Numbered from the stretch's first letter, positions 1 through 11,681 are shown. The stretch is DNA of 64,000 bases from Vulcanimicrobiota bacterium (GCA_963714015.1 OY970223.1:3424001-3488000); one strand, 5' to 3'. Numbers and translations are program-made. Notes: generated from the letters alone by a model not told the origin.

Positions 1-936
1 CGATCGTGGCGCCCCACTGCACCGTGCGCGCCAGATTGTGCGCTTGATACACTCTTCGGTCGCCCACGCTTCATTGCCGTTCATTCGCGCCACGTACGCG
101 CGATCGACGTGGGCCATCACCTTCCAGGCGACCGCCGGAGCGAGATCCTTGGAGTCTTTGAACAGCCACTGAGCGCGCGCAGCGTGGCCTTCCAGGAACG
201 CTTGCCAGGCCAGGGCGCGTACGCACAAAAATTTGTAGATCTGAAGGTCGGCAGTCCATTCGAACGCGTCGTACAGGGCTTCGCCTTTGGAGACTGCCGC
301 ACGATCGCCCAGTTCGAAAGCCAGCTCCAGCAGTGCATGCAGCGCGACGCCGACCATTGTGAGATCGCAGCGATAGCCGTCCTGCTCGAACATCCGCAGG
401 GCGGCGAGCAGTTCGCGAAGCTGCGCGTGGTAATCTTCCAGGCCGGCATACATCCACGACTGGACGACCTTTGCGGAGAATCGAATCGATGGATCGGCAG
501 CCCGTAAAGCGACGTCGAAAAGACGGTTTTGCGGATCGTAGTTCTTGGTCGACCACAGCAAACGCGCGCGGTTCAGGGCCAGCTGCGATTGCTTCGGATC
601 GTTCGGGCCGTCCAGAAGCGCCTCGGCAGCTTCGAGCATGTCGCCGGCGCCCTCGAAGTTTCGCGAGTTCGTGTAGGCGCGAGCCGAAGCAATGAAGTAT
701 CCGAAGCGGCCTTCCGGTGAGCTAAACGCTTCGGAGTGCGCCGCGAGTTCTTGCAAACCCAGAATCGGGTCGCGGTACGTCAGTACCTGCGCTCGCAAGA
801 GCAATCCTTGCTCGGCGTGCGGATCGGGCCATTCCTCGCACCCGGAGAGGCGCTCTAGCGCTTCATCGCGGCGCGCGCGCCGGTGAGCTTCGAGCGCCGA
901 CTCCAACAGCTCGGCAGCCTGTATGCCGGTAAACAT
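1..936 (-). CDS. Alpha-helical (TPR-like) protein, probably the N-terminal part of a TPR plus LuxR-type HTH regulator; partial, runs off the window start
   Basis: Manually translated from ATG at 936 (MFTGIQAAELLESALEAHRR...RALAWQAFLEGHAARAQWLF...WKVMAHVDRAYVAR); absent from the ORF track because it has no stop in the window; probable 1-bp indel near position 50. The HTH is not visible here and is inferred. Confidence 0.6.
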   Translation of the reverse strand, partial: MFTGIQAAELLESALEAHRRARRDEALERLSGCEEWPDPHAEQGLLLRAQVLTYRDPILGLQELAAHSEAFSSPEGRFGYFIASARAYTNSRNFEGAGDMLEAAEALLDGPNDPKQSQLALNRARLLWSTKNYDPQNRLFDVALRAADPSIRFSAKVVQSWMYAGLEDYHAQLRELLAALRMFEQDGYRCDLTMVGVALHALLELAFELGDRAAVSKGEALYDAFEWTADLQIYKFLCVRALAWQAFLEGHAARAQWLFKDSKDLAPAVAWKVMAHVDRAYVARMNGNEAWATEECIKRTIWRARCSGAPRS

Positions 937-966
937 CAGCTTTGAATCCCTTAAGAGATCGCGCGC

Positions 967-1941
967 TTAGTCCTGAATGTTTCCGGCTTTTGCTTCTTGT
1001 CCGCCTGTAACGGTAACGGACGGTCCGGCGATCACGTTCTGACTCGACGACGAACTGGACTGGAACGTGCGTCCGGTGGCGTTGGTGTAGTTGTTATAGA
1101 CCTGGAGCGTGTACGTTCCCTCAGGAAGCGTCTGCAGTTCGAAGTTCCCGCGAGAATCGGTCGACCCGGTGTTGCCGATGGAACCATCCGCTGCGTAGGC
1201 GACGACGACTGCATTGCTGATGCCGGTTCTCGAATTGCTGCTGTCGACCACGCGCCCGTTGATGGATCCCGATTCGTCGACGGGAGCGACGAACATCGCG
1301 GGGACTGAGACAAGACCGCCTTGCGTCCAGAGATCGAGCGATTCAAAGGCGTTGAAATCGACCCGCACGGCGTTGTGTTCGTCTTGCGGTATCGAGAACG
1401 GCTGGCTGATGACGATGTCGACGGCGCCGTTTCCGTCAGGCGTCGTGGTCGTGGTCGAGCCGGCGCCCACGGTGCTGAACGTCGGCGTATTCGTCAGGAA
1501 GTTGAGCGGCATCGTCGTTCCTCCCTTGAAAACGCCGTCGCTGGCGGCCAGACTTACGACGAGGCGGAGCTGGTCGTACTGCGTTCGCGCGACGTGCGCG
1601 TTCGCGACGAGCTGGCCGTTGTCATCATTGAATTGCAGCACGTTGACGACTAACGGTTTGTCGAACTTGGAAAGGACCGTCGTTTGTCCGTTTTGGATGG
1701 CGTCGACTTCCTCTAGACCCAGATTCAACTTCTCGAGCGTGTGCCCGTACAGATTCGGCGACGCGTCGCCGAGCAAAACCTGCATCGAGGCCGCGCTCGG
1801 GCCTATTCCGCCGTAGACGCCCTGCGGCACGATGTACCGCGAGCCACGGGCTTCGGGAATCGATGATTGACCGGTGTGCGAACACGCGGGCAACACGATT
1901 GCAAAAAGCGAAACCAAAGCCGTTGTAAACAGTCTCTTCAA
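967..1941 (-). CDS. DUF4382-like lipoprotein with C-terminal carboxypeptidase-regulatory-like domain
   Basis: TTG at 1941 with GGAGG upstream; lipobox LPAC; VLLGDASP, YDQLRLVV, VRVDFNAFES; C-terminal GSINGRVVD...TDSRGNFELQTLPEGTYTLQV. Confidence 0.7.
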   Translation of the reverse strand: MKRLFTTALVSLFAIVLPACSHTGQSSIPEARGSRYIVPQGVYGGIGPSAASMQVLLGDASPNLYGHTLEKLNLGLEEVDAIQNGQTTVLSKFDKPLVVNVLQFNDDNGQLVANAHVARTQYDQLRLVVSLAASDGVFKGGTTMPLNFLTNTPTFSTVGAGSTTTTTPDGNGAVDIVISQPFSIPQDEHNAVRVDFNAFESLDLWTQGGLVSVPAMFVAPVDESGSINGRVVDSSNSRTGISNAVVVAYAADGSIGNTGSTDSRGNFELQTLPEGTYTLQVYNNYTNATGRTFQSSSSSSQNVIAGPSVTVTGGQEAKAGNIQD

Positions 1942-2156
1942 CGCCGTTTCCTCCGCGCCGCTCTCCCTTGGGCGCAGCATGATACAAGTTTTCTCTAACC
2001 GCGAATTTCGCGATACAAGTAATTATACGGGAGGTTAAGCGTAAGGCCAGGATTCGTTTACGGTTAATGGACTGTAAACAAGCCGAAACGCGTTAAGTTC
2101 GTGTAAATCAGCGGCAGGCTTTACCGATTCAAAACATTCGAATGGTGCGCAGCCGC

Positions 2157-2180
2157 GACATCTGGACATCTGGACATCTG
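2157..2180. repeat. Tandem repeat (GACATCTG)x3 overlapping the tRNA CCA end
   Basis: gacatctg gacatctg gacatctg read directly. Confidence 0.85.
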
Positions 2181-2269
2181 GAGGAGAGGGTGGGATTCGA
2201 ACCCACGGAAGGCTCATCACCTTCTGCGGTTTTCAAGACCGCTGCATTAAACCGCTCTGCCACCTCTCC
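2179..2269 (-). tRNA. tRNA-Ser(TGA)
   Basis: GGAGAGG/CCTCTCC acceptor stem, anticodon loop CTTGAAA, long variable arm, GGTTCGAATCC T-loop, encoded CCA. Confidence 0.97.
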
Positions 2270-2410
2270 ACGCTTCGCAAACCCTCATTTATCGATGTTT
2301 CCCGAATATCGTCCCGAGACCGGAAGGCTCGCTCGCGGCGATTTGGTCACATTTGGTGACGAACGGAGGGGCGCCCTCCATTTGAAACCGAGTCACGTCC
2401 CCTGCAGCGT

Positions 2411-4546
2411 TTACCACGACGACGACGCCGCTGCCCCATTAAGAAGACCTATGGTGTTGCCGGAAACGAACCACATGCGGCAATCGGGGCCTGTTGCAAG
2501 AGCGTCGATCGGCTTTTCCGTTCGGTATGTCACCGGTGTGTGACCGGCTCGAAAGCGAACGACTACGGGTACGCGTTCGCTGACGTAGACACTGCCGTCG
2601 CATGCTGCAGCGACGCCCTGCGCCGAGAGATCGGCATCCGGTAAAGCAAAGCGCTGCGTTACACGGCGGGGTGTTACACGCAACACTTGCATGCGATTCG
2701 AATACCATATGTCAGCGCCGGACGCGGGAAGGAGTATTGGAGCCCCGCCAACGTCGTTGGGCACCGGAGGGACGGAAAAGCGTTTGATGGCTCCCCCCGG
2801 TGTTACTCGGAGCAGCGTATGGTACGCAACTTCCCAAAGCGAGCCGTCACGCGCGCCGGTCAGCGCGAGCGGTTCACCCAGGCCTGCCGGCAATGCAATA
2901 ACGCGCGTGCCGTCGATGCGCGCAACTTGCGGTCTGCTGCCGCCGCGCGCGAACCAAACGTTTCCGCCGGCATCGACCGCGATCTGCAGCGTCTGCACTG
3001 CCACGCCTGACGGCAAAAACCGCTGCGCGCGCTTTACGCCATTGCGTGTCACCGATACGACGACGCCGTCGTTGTTCTCGAACCATAGCGTCCCGCGACG
3101 ATCCTCGAGCAGCTGCAATCCCGTCGTCGCTTTTGTAAGCACCCGGGTGTACGTTAGGCGCCCATTGGCGGATACACGGGTAACGCCCTCATTGCGGCCA
3201 TAGTAATCGCGACCACTCGAGATGATGGCTTCGCCGTTGGGTTCGGGCACGATGCAATCAACACACCATTGCTCCATGATCTCTGCGATGGTGCGCAGAT
3301 GAAGGTAATGCAAAGGTCTTGCAGGTGGTAGATGCAGCCGCACTTCGCGTATGCTCGGTTCGTGGAACAGCAACGCTTCTTCACCATCGCGGTTCTCGCA
3401 AAAAACCGAAATCCAGCCGGTCCAGACCGAAAGGCTCACGGGAGCCGCGCAGTCAATGGCACCAACGCGGCGAGCGCCTTCACGGTCAAACCTCACGAGA
3501 TCGTGGCCAGCCACCGCATAAACGATTCCATGGGAATCCGTGACCATAGCAGCTGGTGGATTTAGCGCAAATGGTCGATACAGAAGGCGATCGGGCAAGC
3601 TGGTGGCAAGGCCGAGCTTACCGGCGCGAGTCGCGAGCATCGCTCCGGAGGGCAGTGAAGCAAGGAAGTTTGTGCCGTCGATTCGCCAGTGCGGCGAGTC
3701 GTTGCGCGCGTCATAACGGTACCAGCGCCCGTTCACTAAAACGTAGGCATATCCGCCATTCACGAGGGCAGAACCGTGAACGCTGGTATTCGGCGAAATG
3801 TTCAGTTGGCGATCGGGAGCAAATTTCGAAGACCAGAGCGTTTTGCCATCCGAAAGGCGAATGGCGCTAATCATCATCGGATCATAGATGTCGGGAGTGT
3901 GTTCCAACCAAGTGCTGTCGACGACTACTCTGTCCCGATCGATTGCGAGGATGCCGTTCGATCCCGTATACCAACGCAGTCGTCCATTGCCTACATCGAA
4001 GGCAAATAGGAACTGCTCAATCGTCGCGCCGTCTTCGGTGACGTGTTGAAGAATCAAGCGGTCGTCATACACCGGAGTTCCCGTAGCGCTTCCGTCCATT
4101 GCAAATGATTGCCACAACTGCTTGCCGGTAGTGAGATCAAATGCCTCGAAGTCGCCCACGCCAGTGCTTCCCAAGAGGATGCCCGCTGCGACGCCTTCGG
4201 GGTTGAACGTTGATGAAACAGTGCGGCGCCACACGACGCGTCCATTGAGTAAATCGTACGCGCCGATATCGCCATGCAACCTGAACACAGCAAAGCCTGA
4301 ACCGCTTTTTACCGGGTCGACGCCCAGATTCGGCAAACGACGCCGGATCGCCGGCCGCAGCGATGTTCCAACAATTGTCAGCGGCGGACCCGTCACTACC
4401 GGCAGCACCCGTCCTTGAGACGTTGATAGGACGGAATGCAAAACATTGGGAGGCGCAACGGCGGTTGTTAGGGACGATGCAACGCGCTGTAGGCATCCCG
4501 TCGTGGCAATGAGGACCGCTGCGACCGCAAGAATCGCCTTTAACAT
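2411..4546 (-). CDS. Lipoprotein with PQQ-type beta-propeller plus Vgb-like beta-propeller
   Basis: Signal MLKAILAVAAVLIATTGC; repeats AYDLLNGRVVW, AFDLTTGKQLW, AFDVGNGRLRW; Vgb-like blades IAVDAGGNVWF, LTGARDGSLW, LATGPDCRMWF. Confidence 0.75.
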   Translation of the reverse strand: MLKAILAVAAVLIATTGCLQRVASSLTTAVAPPNVLHSVLSTSQGRVLPVVTGPPLTIVGTSLRPAIRRRLPNLGVDPVKSGSGFAVFRLHGDIGAYDLLNGRVVWRRTVSSTFNPEGVAAGILLGSTGVGDFEAFDLTTGKQLWQSFAMDGSATGTPVYDDRLILQHVTEDGATIEQFLFAFDVGNGRLRWYTGSNGILAIDRDRVVVDSTWLEHTPDIYDPMMISAIRLSDGKTLWSSKFAPDRQLNISPNTSVHGSALVNGGYAYVLVNGRWYRYDARNDSPHWRIDGTNFLASLPSGAMLATRAGKLGLATSLPDRLLYRPFALNPPAAMVTDSHGIVYAVAGHDLVRFDREGARRVGAIDCAAPVSLSVWTGWISVFCENRDGEEALLFHEPSIREVRLHLPPARPLHYLHLRTIAEIMEQWCVDCIVPEPNGEAIISSGRDYYGRNEGVTRVSANGRLTYTRVLTKATTGLQLLEDRRGTLWFENNDGVVVSVTRNGVKRAQRFLPSGVAVQTLQIAVDAGGNVWFARGGSRPQVARIDGTRVIALPAGLGEPLALTGARDGSLWEVAYHTLLRVTPGGAIKRFSVPPVPNDVGGAPILLPASGADIWYSNRMQVLRVTPRRVTQRFALPDADLSAQGVAAACDGSVYVSERVPVVVRFRAGHTPVTYRTEKPIDALATGPDCRMWFVSGNTIGLLNGAAASSSW

Positions 4547-4750
4547 TGTGGAAATTGCTCGCAAAAAGAGCGCATTTAACTGCGCGCCTGCCGTAGCGCA
4601 CGCACCGATTCGGCGCGCGTGGTACGCCATAGCATTTGTATCACGGTTTGGTAACGGAATGCGTCACGGCTGGTCCTCGCAAGTCCTAACGCTCCTACAA
4701 TCGAGCGTAAATCGCGGTTTGCGTAGATTCGTTAAGACGGCAGCAAGTGA

Positions 4751-4789
4751 TTTCAAGACCGCTGCATTAAACCACTCTGCCACCTCTCC
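4751..4789 (-). repeat. att-like direct repeat: copy of the 5' half of tRNA-Ser (39 bp, 1 mismatch to 2231-2269)
   Basis: tttcaagaccgctgcattaaacc(a/g)ctctgccacctctcc at both 2231 and 4751; identity stops exactly at the edge of the 7-nt anticodon loop. Confidence 0.9.
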
Positions 4790-4908
4790 GAGTACCCGCA
4801 AGTGCTTATTCTATGCGGGTGTCTACATCTAGCCCTTTCTCACAAGATCAAGGGCATGAGTGTTGACGCCGGGCGAAAATTGACCCACTTTCCTAGCGGA
4901 TCGCCGGT

Positions 4909-6719
<1,811 letters not shown>

Positions 6720-6798
6720 CGCGAACTAGTGTTCGCGCAGAGTCAGGTGGGTCAATTTTCATCCGGCGGGGTGGGTCAATTTTACTCCGGCGCTAACA

Positions 6799-7478
6799 GC
6801 ACTGCAAGATCTCGATTACTATCCAATAAGATAACCATCAATGCGGGTGACACGATCGCCTACTACGTCCTGAGCGGTGGGGGCAGCGATGCGCACACCG
6901 TTTCATTCGTCCCACCCGGACAAAAGATGCCTTCACCGCTCGATCCGAAAGATCTCGTGCCGACCGGAGGGACCACGATCGATGGAAACAAGTTCGTCAA
7001 TTCGGGCATACTTACGGGGGGCCAAACATTCACACTGCTTTTTCCAAAGGCAGGAACGTATCGTATTCTCTGCTTGTTCCATGAACCGGCAATGGAAACG
7101 ACGGCCGTCGTCCAGAGGGCGGGGGTAGCGTATCCGCACGACGCCCAGTACTATCGCGAGACCGGAAATGCGGAAAAGTGGCGAGATTTGGCCGCTGCGG
7201 AGTCTCTCGGTTTCGTCGTTCCCATTCAAAACCGGCGGCACGACGCTTGCGGCTGGAATCGATCCGCAGCTCGTGCAGTATCCTCCGCACGATTCGACGG
7301 TGCTGCGGTTTGTCAACACGAAGAATGCTCAAGAACTAGGGAGGTCGGGCAACTTAACGATCGAGGTGGGAACCGTTGTTTCGTTTGTCAACGAGACGTC
7401 GAACGAGCCGCACACGGTGACGTTGCCGAAAGCAGGGCAGAAGCATTTGCCGAACATTCCGCCCGATCCGCCCACTGA
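6799..7478 (+). pseudogene. Truncated two-domain cupredoxin/plastocyanin-like protein
   Basis: KITINAGDTI...AHTVSF...GTYRILCLFHEPAM copper motif; second domain IEVGTVVSFVN...EPHTVT cut off; no start codon (abuts the IS end); internal indels. Confidence 0.7.
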
Positions 7479-7795
7479 GCGTACTGTTCGCGTGCTGTGT
7501 CCCAGGAGTAACTGCACCTCTTTAATCGGTCGTCCGTCCGCGAGCGTCAGGATGCAAACGCATGCCGTAGGTCATGGAATCGGAAGCTCTTCACGCCGAC
7601 GCTCTTGGCAAGTTCTGCGAACTGCACTGTGAACGTATCGGGAAGTCACGGTTTACCGTCAGGATTGCAGAACACGAGGTCATTGTCCGCGTAGAACGGT
7701 GCGCGCTCCTTCGCCTCGTCCTGCGCGTCTGGGTGAGTCCGTAGCATGTCCACTGCTTCGGGTGCGATTGGAACGAAACGACGTGACGTACCGGC
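7478..7795 (-). pseudogene. Tyrosine recombinase/integrase C-terminal remnant 1
   Basis: Manual translation SRRFVPIAPEAVDML...DNDLVFCNPDGKP*LPD...FRFHDLRHAFAS, then frameshift, ...KEVQLLLGHS; in-frame stop at 7646-7648. Confidence 0.85.
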
Positions 7796-7815
7796 GGCGT
7801 ACGTCAGACTTCCGT

Positions 7816-8193
7816 CTAATGCGATAAGTTGACTTGTAGGAAGTACTCGCCGTCTACAGGCTTACAGTTCACCATCTTTGGAATGAAGTGCAAAGACTTA
7901 GCCGCATTCAGCACGTCTTGCCCTTTCGAGATGTTCACGGATCCGTCTGAGCTGCCATCAACGCGGAGCCCGGTTTCCTTTCCGTCTGCCGAGACTTCTA
8001 TCACGAATTTGGCCCCCGTAGCGGTTCCGGATCCAAAATCTTGCATAATGGCAGCGTTAAAGTTCTCGAACGCGTCGTCGTCCGCAACCTTGGGATCGGC
8101 CACCGGAATTGTACAAGCCGTGGGAGCCGGAGCCGGCGAATCGGGAACGTCGCTAACGGCGAGAATTGCGGAAACGATAAACGGAATCAGCAT
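7816..8193 (-). CDS. Small secreted protein with TonB C-terminal-like domain
   Basis: Signal peptide, Pro-rich linker, FVIEVSADGK...VDGSS...AAKSLHFIPKMVNCKPVDGEY. Confidence 0.6.
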   Translation of the reverse strand: MLIPFIVSAILAVSDVPDSPAPAPTACTIPVADPKVADDDAFENFNAAIMQDFGSGTATGAKFVIEVSADGKETGLRVDGSSDGSVNISKGQDVLNAAKSLHFIPKMVNCKPVDGEYFLQVNLSH

Positions 8194-8744
8194 TTGAATT
8201 CCTTCCGGTTATGCGCGATACTTCGTGGACCTAGGGCAGAGCCCGGCCTTCTTCAGGCGCAACGATGTACCTCTCTCGCGGCCATTTGGTGAAGAACGCT
8301 TCACCGTGCAGGGCCAGTCGACGAATCCTCGCGGCGGCAAATCATCAAATAACTCGTTGTCGATAGACTCCTTTGATCTTGCTGCAGGACGACGAATTCG
8401 ACAATGTCCATATTCCAATCAACGTAAGAAGATTTCAGATCGTGACTCCAGGCGATATTTTACCGCTGAAGCCCCGTGGCATGTCGACGACGACGAGACG
8501 CCGACATTAAATTCCGGACTTTTTCTCTACCAACGCGCAAGAGCACGAAACGTAAAACATAACGACCGGATTCGTATTGAACCAAGAACTTGCTCGGGAA
8601 GTTTCTTGACAGAGCATTTGGATGGGCGGTGGGGACGCTTGTCCCGGATTGTTGAGAGCAGACTACTCGCCTTCGATTTTCTCGGCGGTTGCGCGCCGTG
8701 TAACGATTGGTCCGACAGTGGGCCGCTGACATTTTTCAATACCG

Positions 8745-8885
8745 TCCCGCGAATGCGCGACGCAGATCATGGAAGCGAAAGCCCGCCCCAAGGTTTTGGC
8801 GAGCTCTGCAGACTGCTTCGTGAGCATATCCGGCGGCCACGGGGATCCATTGCGATTGCAAAAAACCAGATCGTTGTCTGGTAAG
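8745..8885 (-). pseudogene. Tyrosine recombinase/integrase remnant 2
   Basis: DNDLVFCNRNGSPWPPDMLTKQSAELAKTLG, then frameshift, GFRFHDLRRAFA; aligns by eye with remnant 1. Confidence 0.75.
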
Positions 8886-8901
8886 GCCGCCCCGCCGGAC
8901 G

Positions 8902-9471
8902 CTGATCGATCGTAGAGTTTCGGCTGAGTTGCTTTTCGTCGCGGCTAGCCGCTCTGAGTGAGAGCTGGACGTCATCGTACCGCGATGGGCGCTCGAGCAC
9001 GCGGACGACCTGGCTGCACACATCTCCGAACGAATCTCGCTGAAGACAACAACGCAAACGTTCGGTGAGATTTTGGAGCGAACGGGCGGCAAGGAGACGA
9101 TCCGCGTGCGCAATATCGAGGCGCAGCGTGAAGCCTTGCCGCTGGGTCGTCTGTACGAAGCCGACGTCGCAGAACCGTTCCGCACGCGCGCCCGCCGCAA
9201 GAGAGAGATTGTGGATTCTGCGTTGGCGTTCGAGGAACGCCTCGAAGCCGGCCGCGATGCGCTATGCGAAATCCGGAGACCGGTTACGGCCGCCTATCGG
9301 AAGCTCCGGTCCCAACCTTTCGGCGAGCTTCACGAGCGGGAGGAGCGGCAAGAGAGGGCGAGTCTACCGGCTGAGCGCTGGGAGCAGTCAGTCGAGCGAG
9401 AAACAGGCGAGGGGATCCGTCGTTCGTGCGGGCGAGGAACTGGTGCAGTCTGGCGTCCCGTTGGGCGGTAA
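8902..9471 (+). pseudogene. Probable C-terminal remnant of a TraA/TrwC-like relaxase-helicase
   Basis: LIDRRVSAELLFVAASRSE*ELDVIVP resembles SF1 helicase motif VI (ELxYVAxSR) of conjugative relaxases; internal TGA at 8959. Confidence 0.5.
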
Positions 9472-9502
9472 GGCGGTGTTCCGAGTGGCTCTTGTGAGGG
9501 GT

Positions 9503-9588
9503 TGTTCACATATACATGTCCTTTTTCTATTGATTTGTTCATATATACATGTTATTTTAGAGCCCGTCAGGACACGTATACATGAACA
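9503..9588 (+). promoter_or_regulatory. sigma70-like promoter (TTGATT-N17-TATTTT) with three 17-bp operator-like repeats
   Basis: TGTTCACATATACATGT 9503-9519, TGTTCATATATACATGT 9536-9552 (exactly the spacer), inverted copy 9572-9588 over the ATG. Confidence 0.7.
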
Positions 9589-10061
9589 AAAAACATACTT
9601 CCCTTGCCCGTAAGCAATTGGAACGGCGCCTGGCCCCTCTCCGGGCTATGGTGCTCGATGCTCCTCCAAAAGGCTGGATCAAGGCCATTCGGGAGTCCCT
9701 AGGTATGACTGCCCGCCAACTTGCCTCTCGCATGGGCGTGGCGCCCTCGCGTATCCCAGCCATCGAGAAAGCGGAGGTTACCGGTGCAACCGAGTTGAGG
9801 ACACTGCGGCAGGCTGCCGCAGCGATGAACTGTGCCCTTGTTTATGCCTTTGTGCCGATCGAGCCACTCGACGACATCCTGCGCGATCGCGCGATGCAAA
9901 AGGCACGGAAGGGCGTCGCGCGCCTGGATCACACGATGCGCCTCGAAAATCAGGCACTCCTCAAATCAGATCTCGACGCCGCACGGCAACGCGCTATCGA
10001 CCTCATCCTGTCCGGCTCACTGCGTGGCCTGTGGGACGATGAAGCGGATCAGCATGCCTGA
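9582..10061 (+). CDS. Mobile mystery protein A (XRE-type HTH)
   Basis: PPKGWIKAIRESLGMTARQLASRMGV...LRTLRQAAAAMNCALVYAFVP...HTMRLENQ. Confidence 0.9.
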   Translation: MNKKHTSLARKQLERRLAPLRAMVLDAPPKGWIKAIRESLGMTARQLASRMGVAPSRIPAIEKAEVTGATELRTLRQAAAAMNCALVYAFVPIEPLDDILRDRAMQKARKGVARLDHTMRLENQALLKSDLDAARQRAIDLILSGSLRGLWDDEADQHA

Positions 10062-10644
10062 TCCCCTGTTCGTTCGTGACGACGACGCCAACACGCCTCT
10101 CACCGGCGAGGAGCGCGAAGCGCTCATCCTGTCCTATATCACGTTGCGACACGAGTTGAACGAAGCAGAGCAGGTCAATATCGATGCGGCTCAACGCTGG
10201 GCCGAATCCCGCAGACGCGATATTCTCGATCGAGCGTTTCTAAGCGAACTGCACCAACGGATGTTCGGCGAAGTATGGCATTGGGCAGGGCAATATCGTA
10301 AGACTCCCCGCAATATCGGCGTCGAGGCCCATAGAATAGTCACGGAAGTGCAACAAGCCGTCGACGATGCACGATACTGGGTCGAACACGCCACCTATCC
10401 GCCGGACGAGATCGCGGTGCGCTTCAGTCACCGACTCGTTTACATTCATCCTTTTCCGAATGGAAACGGGCGCTTTTCGCGTCTTGTCGGCGATCTTCTC
10501 GCGCGTCAGCTCGGGCGGCCGCCCTTCACGTGGGGACGAGCAAACCTGGTCGATGCTGGGCTGACCCGGGCGCGATACGTTGAGACTCTACAGGCTGCCG
10601 ACAATCACGACGTTGGGCCGCTACTGCTTTTTGCCCGCTCTTAG
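10054..10644 (+). CDS. Mobile mystery protein B (Fic domain)
   Basis: NTPLTGEEREAL...ELNEAEQVNI; Fic motif HPFPNGNGRFSR; overlaps the stop of protein A. Confidence 0.92.
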   Translation: MPDPLFVRDDDANTPLTGEEREALILSYITLRHELNEAEQVNIDAAQRWAESRRRDILDRAFLSELHQRMFGEVWHWAGQYRKTPRNIGVEAHRIVTEVQQAVDDARYWVEHATYPPDEIAVRFSHRLVYIHPFPNGNGRFSRLVGDLLARQLGRPPFTWGRANLVDAGLTRARYVETLQAADNHDVGPLLLFARS

Positions 10645-10819
10645 GCGCGTTCGTCACGTACACGTCGCTGCGAACCACGGCCGACCACAGCAACGAGAAC
10701 CAGGTTCGCAGATCTTTAATGACGGCCGCTTCGGCCGAGCAACATAAGCCGAAACATCGTCGGCAATCAAAACCTTTGTAGTACCCGTCGTTACCTGCGA
10801 CGTGCGCGGCGGGCGAAAC

Positions 10820-11551
10820 TTAGAATGCCCGCAACTCGGCCACCAGCCAGGCGGCGGCCGTGATCAGGTAATTGGTGGAGATCTCGTTCCAATTGGAGAG
10901 ATCGCGCGGCTGAGCGGTGATGTGCGGAATCCAAACGATCACGCCGAAGAGCGCCACCATCAACGCCATCAGCCGCAGAGCGAGCCGTGCTTGAACGCCG
11001 GTCAGGATTGCGATAGCCGCAAGCGCGAACGCGATGGTGGTAAGGACCGTCCAAAACATTTGGCTGGGCGGGATCCACGTTGGGACCAACGTTGCCGTGT
11101 ACTGCAGATAGGCAACTTGAGCCCAAGCGAAAGAGACCGTGCAGACTCCCAGGGCTAGGCGAGCCGTCCGCCCGAGCAGCATAGCGCGTGCAGCGTTCGC
11201 TTCGGTCGACGCAAAAGCGGCGAGTGCCCCGCACACCAATGAGAACTGCTCGCCGAAATTCACGAACGATCCCTTGTCGTTCCCGATCATTCCGGGAACG
11301 CAGACCAGTGAAAAGAGCAGATAGACCGCGCCCAGAACAATCGCCGAAATACGCATGGCAGGGGCGAAGAGTATGCCGATTCCGCCGGCCACTTCGGCAA
11401 TACCGACGCACCACGCGATGATGGCGGAAAGCGGCATGCCCATCGCGTGAGCCCGCTGCCACAAATCGGAGCCCGGCCACAGCAGTTGCACGACGCCGTC
11501 CGCGACGGCAAAAACGCCGAAAAGGATGCGCGCATAGGCGGCCGCTTTCAT
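10820..11551 (-). CDS. DoxX-like membrane protein (two repeats)
   Basis: Multiple TM segments; GIAEVAGGIGIL, LVPTWIPPSQMFW; start reassigned to MKAAAY. Confidence 0.7.
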   Translation of the reverse strand: MKAAAYARILFGVFAVADGVVQLLWPGSDLWQRAHAMGMPLSAIIAWCVGIAEVAGGIGILFAPAMRISAIVLGAVYLLFSLVCVPGMIGNDKGSFVNFGEQFSLVCGALAAFASTEANAARAMLLGRTARLALGVCTVSFAWAQVAYLQYTATLVPTWIPPSQMFWTVLTTIAFALAAIAILTGVQARLALRLMALMVALFGVIVWIPHITAQPRDLSNWNEISTNYLITAAAWLVAELRAF

Positions 11552-11681
11552 GCCAAAAGCAACGCCTTCGGTTCGAGGCTTGTGACGGTCGGCAGCGATC
11601 GCGTAAACGACCGGGAACGATACGTTGAGCGTGTAAAACGTTACCAGGCCGTGGGGTGCCGGCGCTTCCGGGAGGCTTTGA

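Noticed and set aside
71..886. Several short ORFs on both strands in the ORF track
   Set aside because: Shadows of the real minus-strand gene starting at 936
1981..2150. Possible riboswitch upstream of the DUF4382-like gene (GATACAAGT direct repeat at 1981 and 2012)
   Set aside because: No match to aptamer consensus I know; the repeat may be a regulator site but support is too thin
2182..2182. U discriminator base in tRNA-Ser
   Set aside because: Bacterial SerRS relies mainly on the variable arm; not remarkable enough
2142..2543. 133-aa plus-strand ORF (EERVGFEPT...)
   Set aside because: Antisense translation of tRNA-Ser
8209..8740. ORFs in the AT-richer stretch between TonB-like gene and integrase remnant 2
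   Set aside because: No recognisable motifs or RBS; cannot be supported
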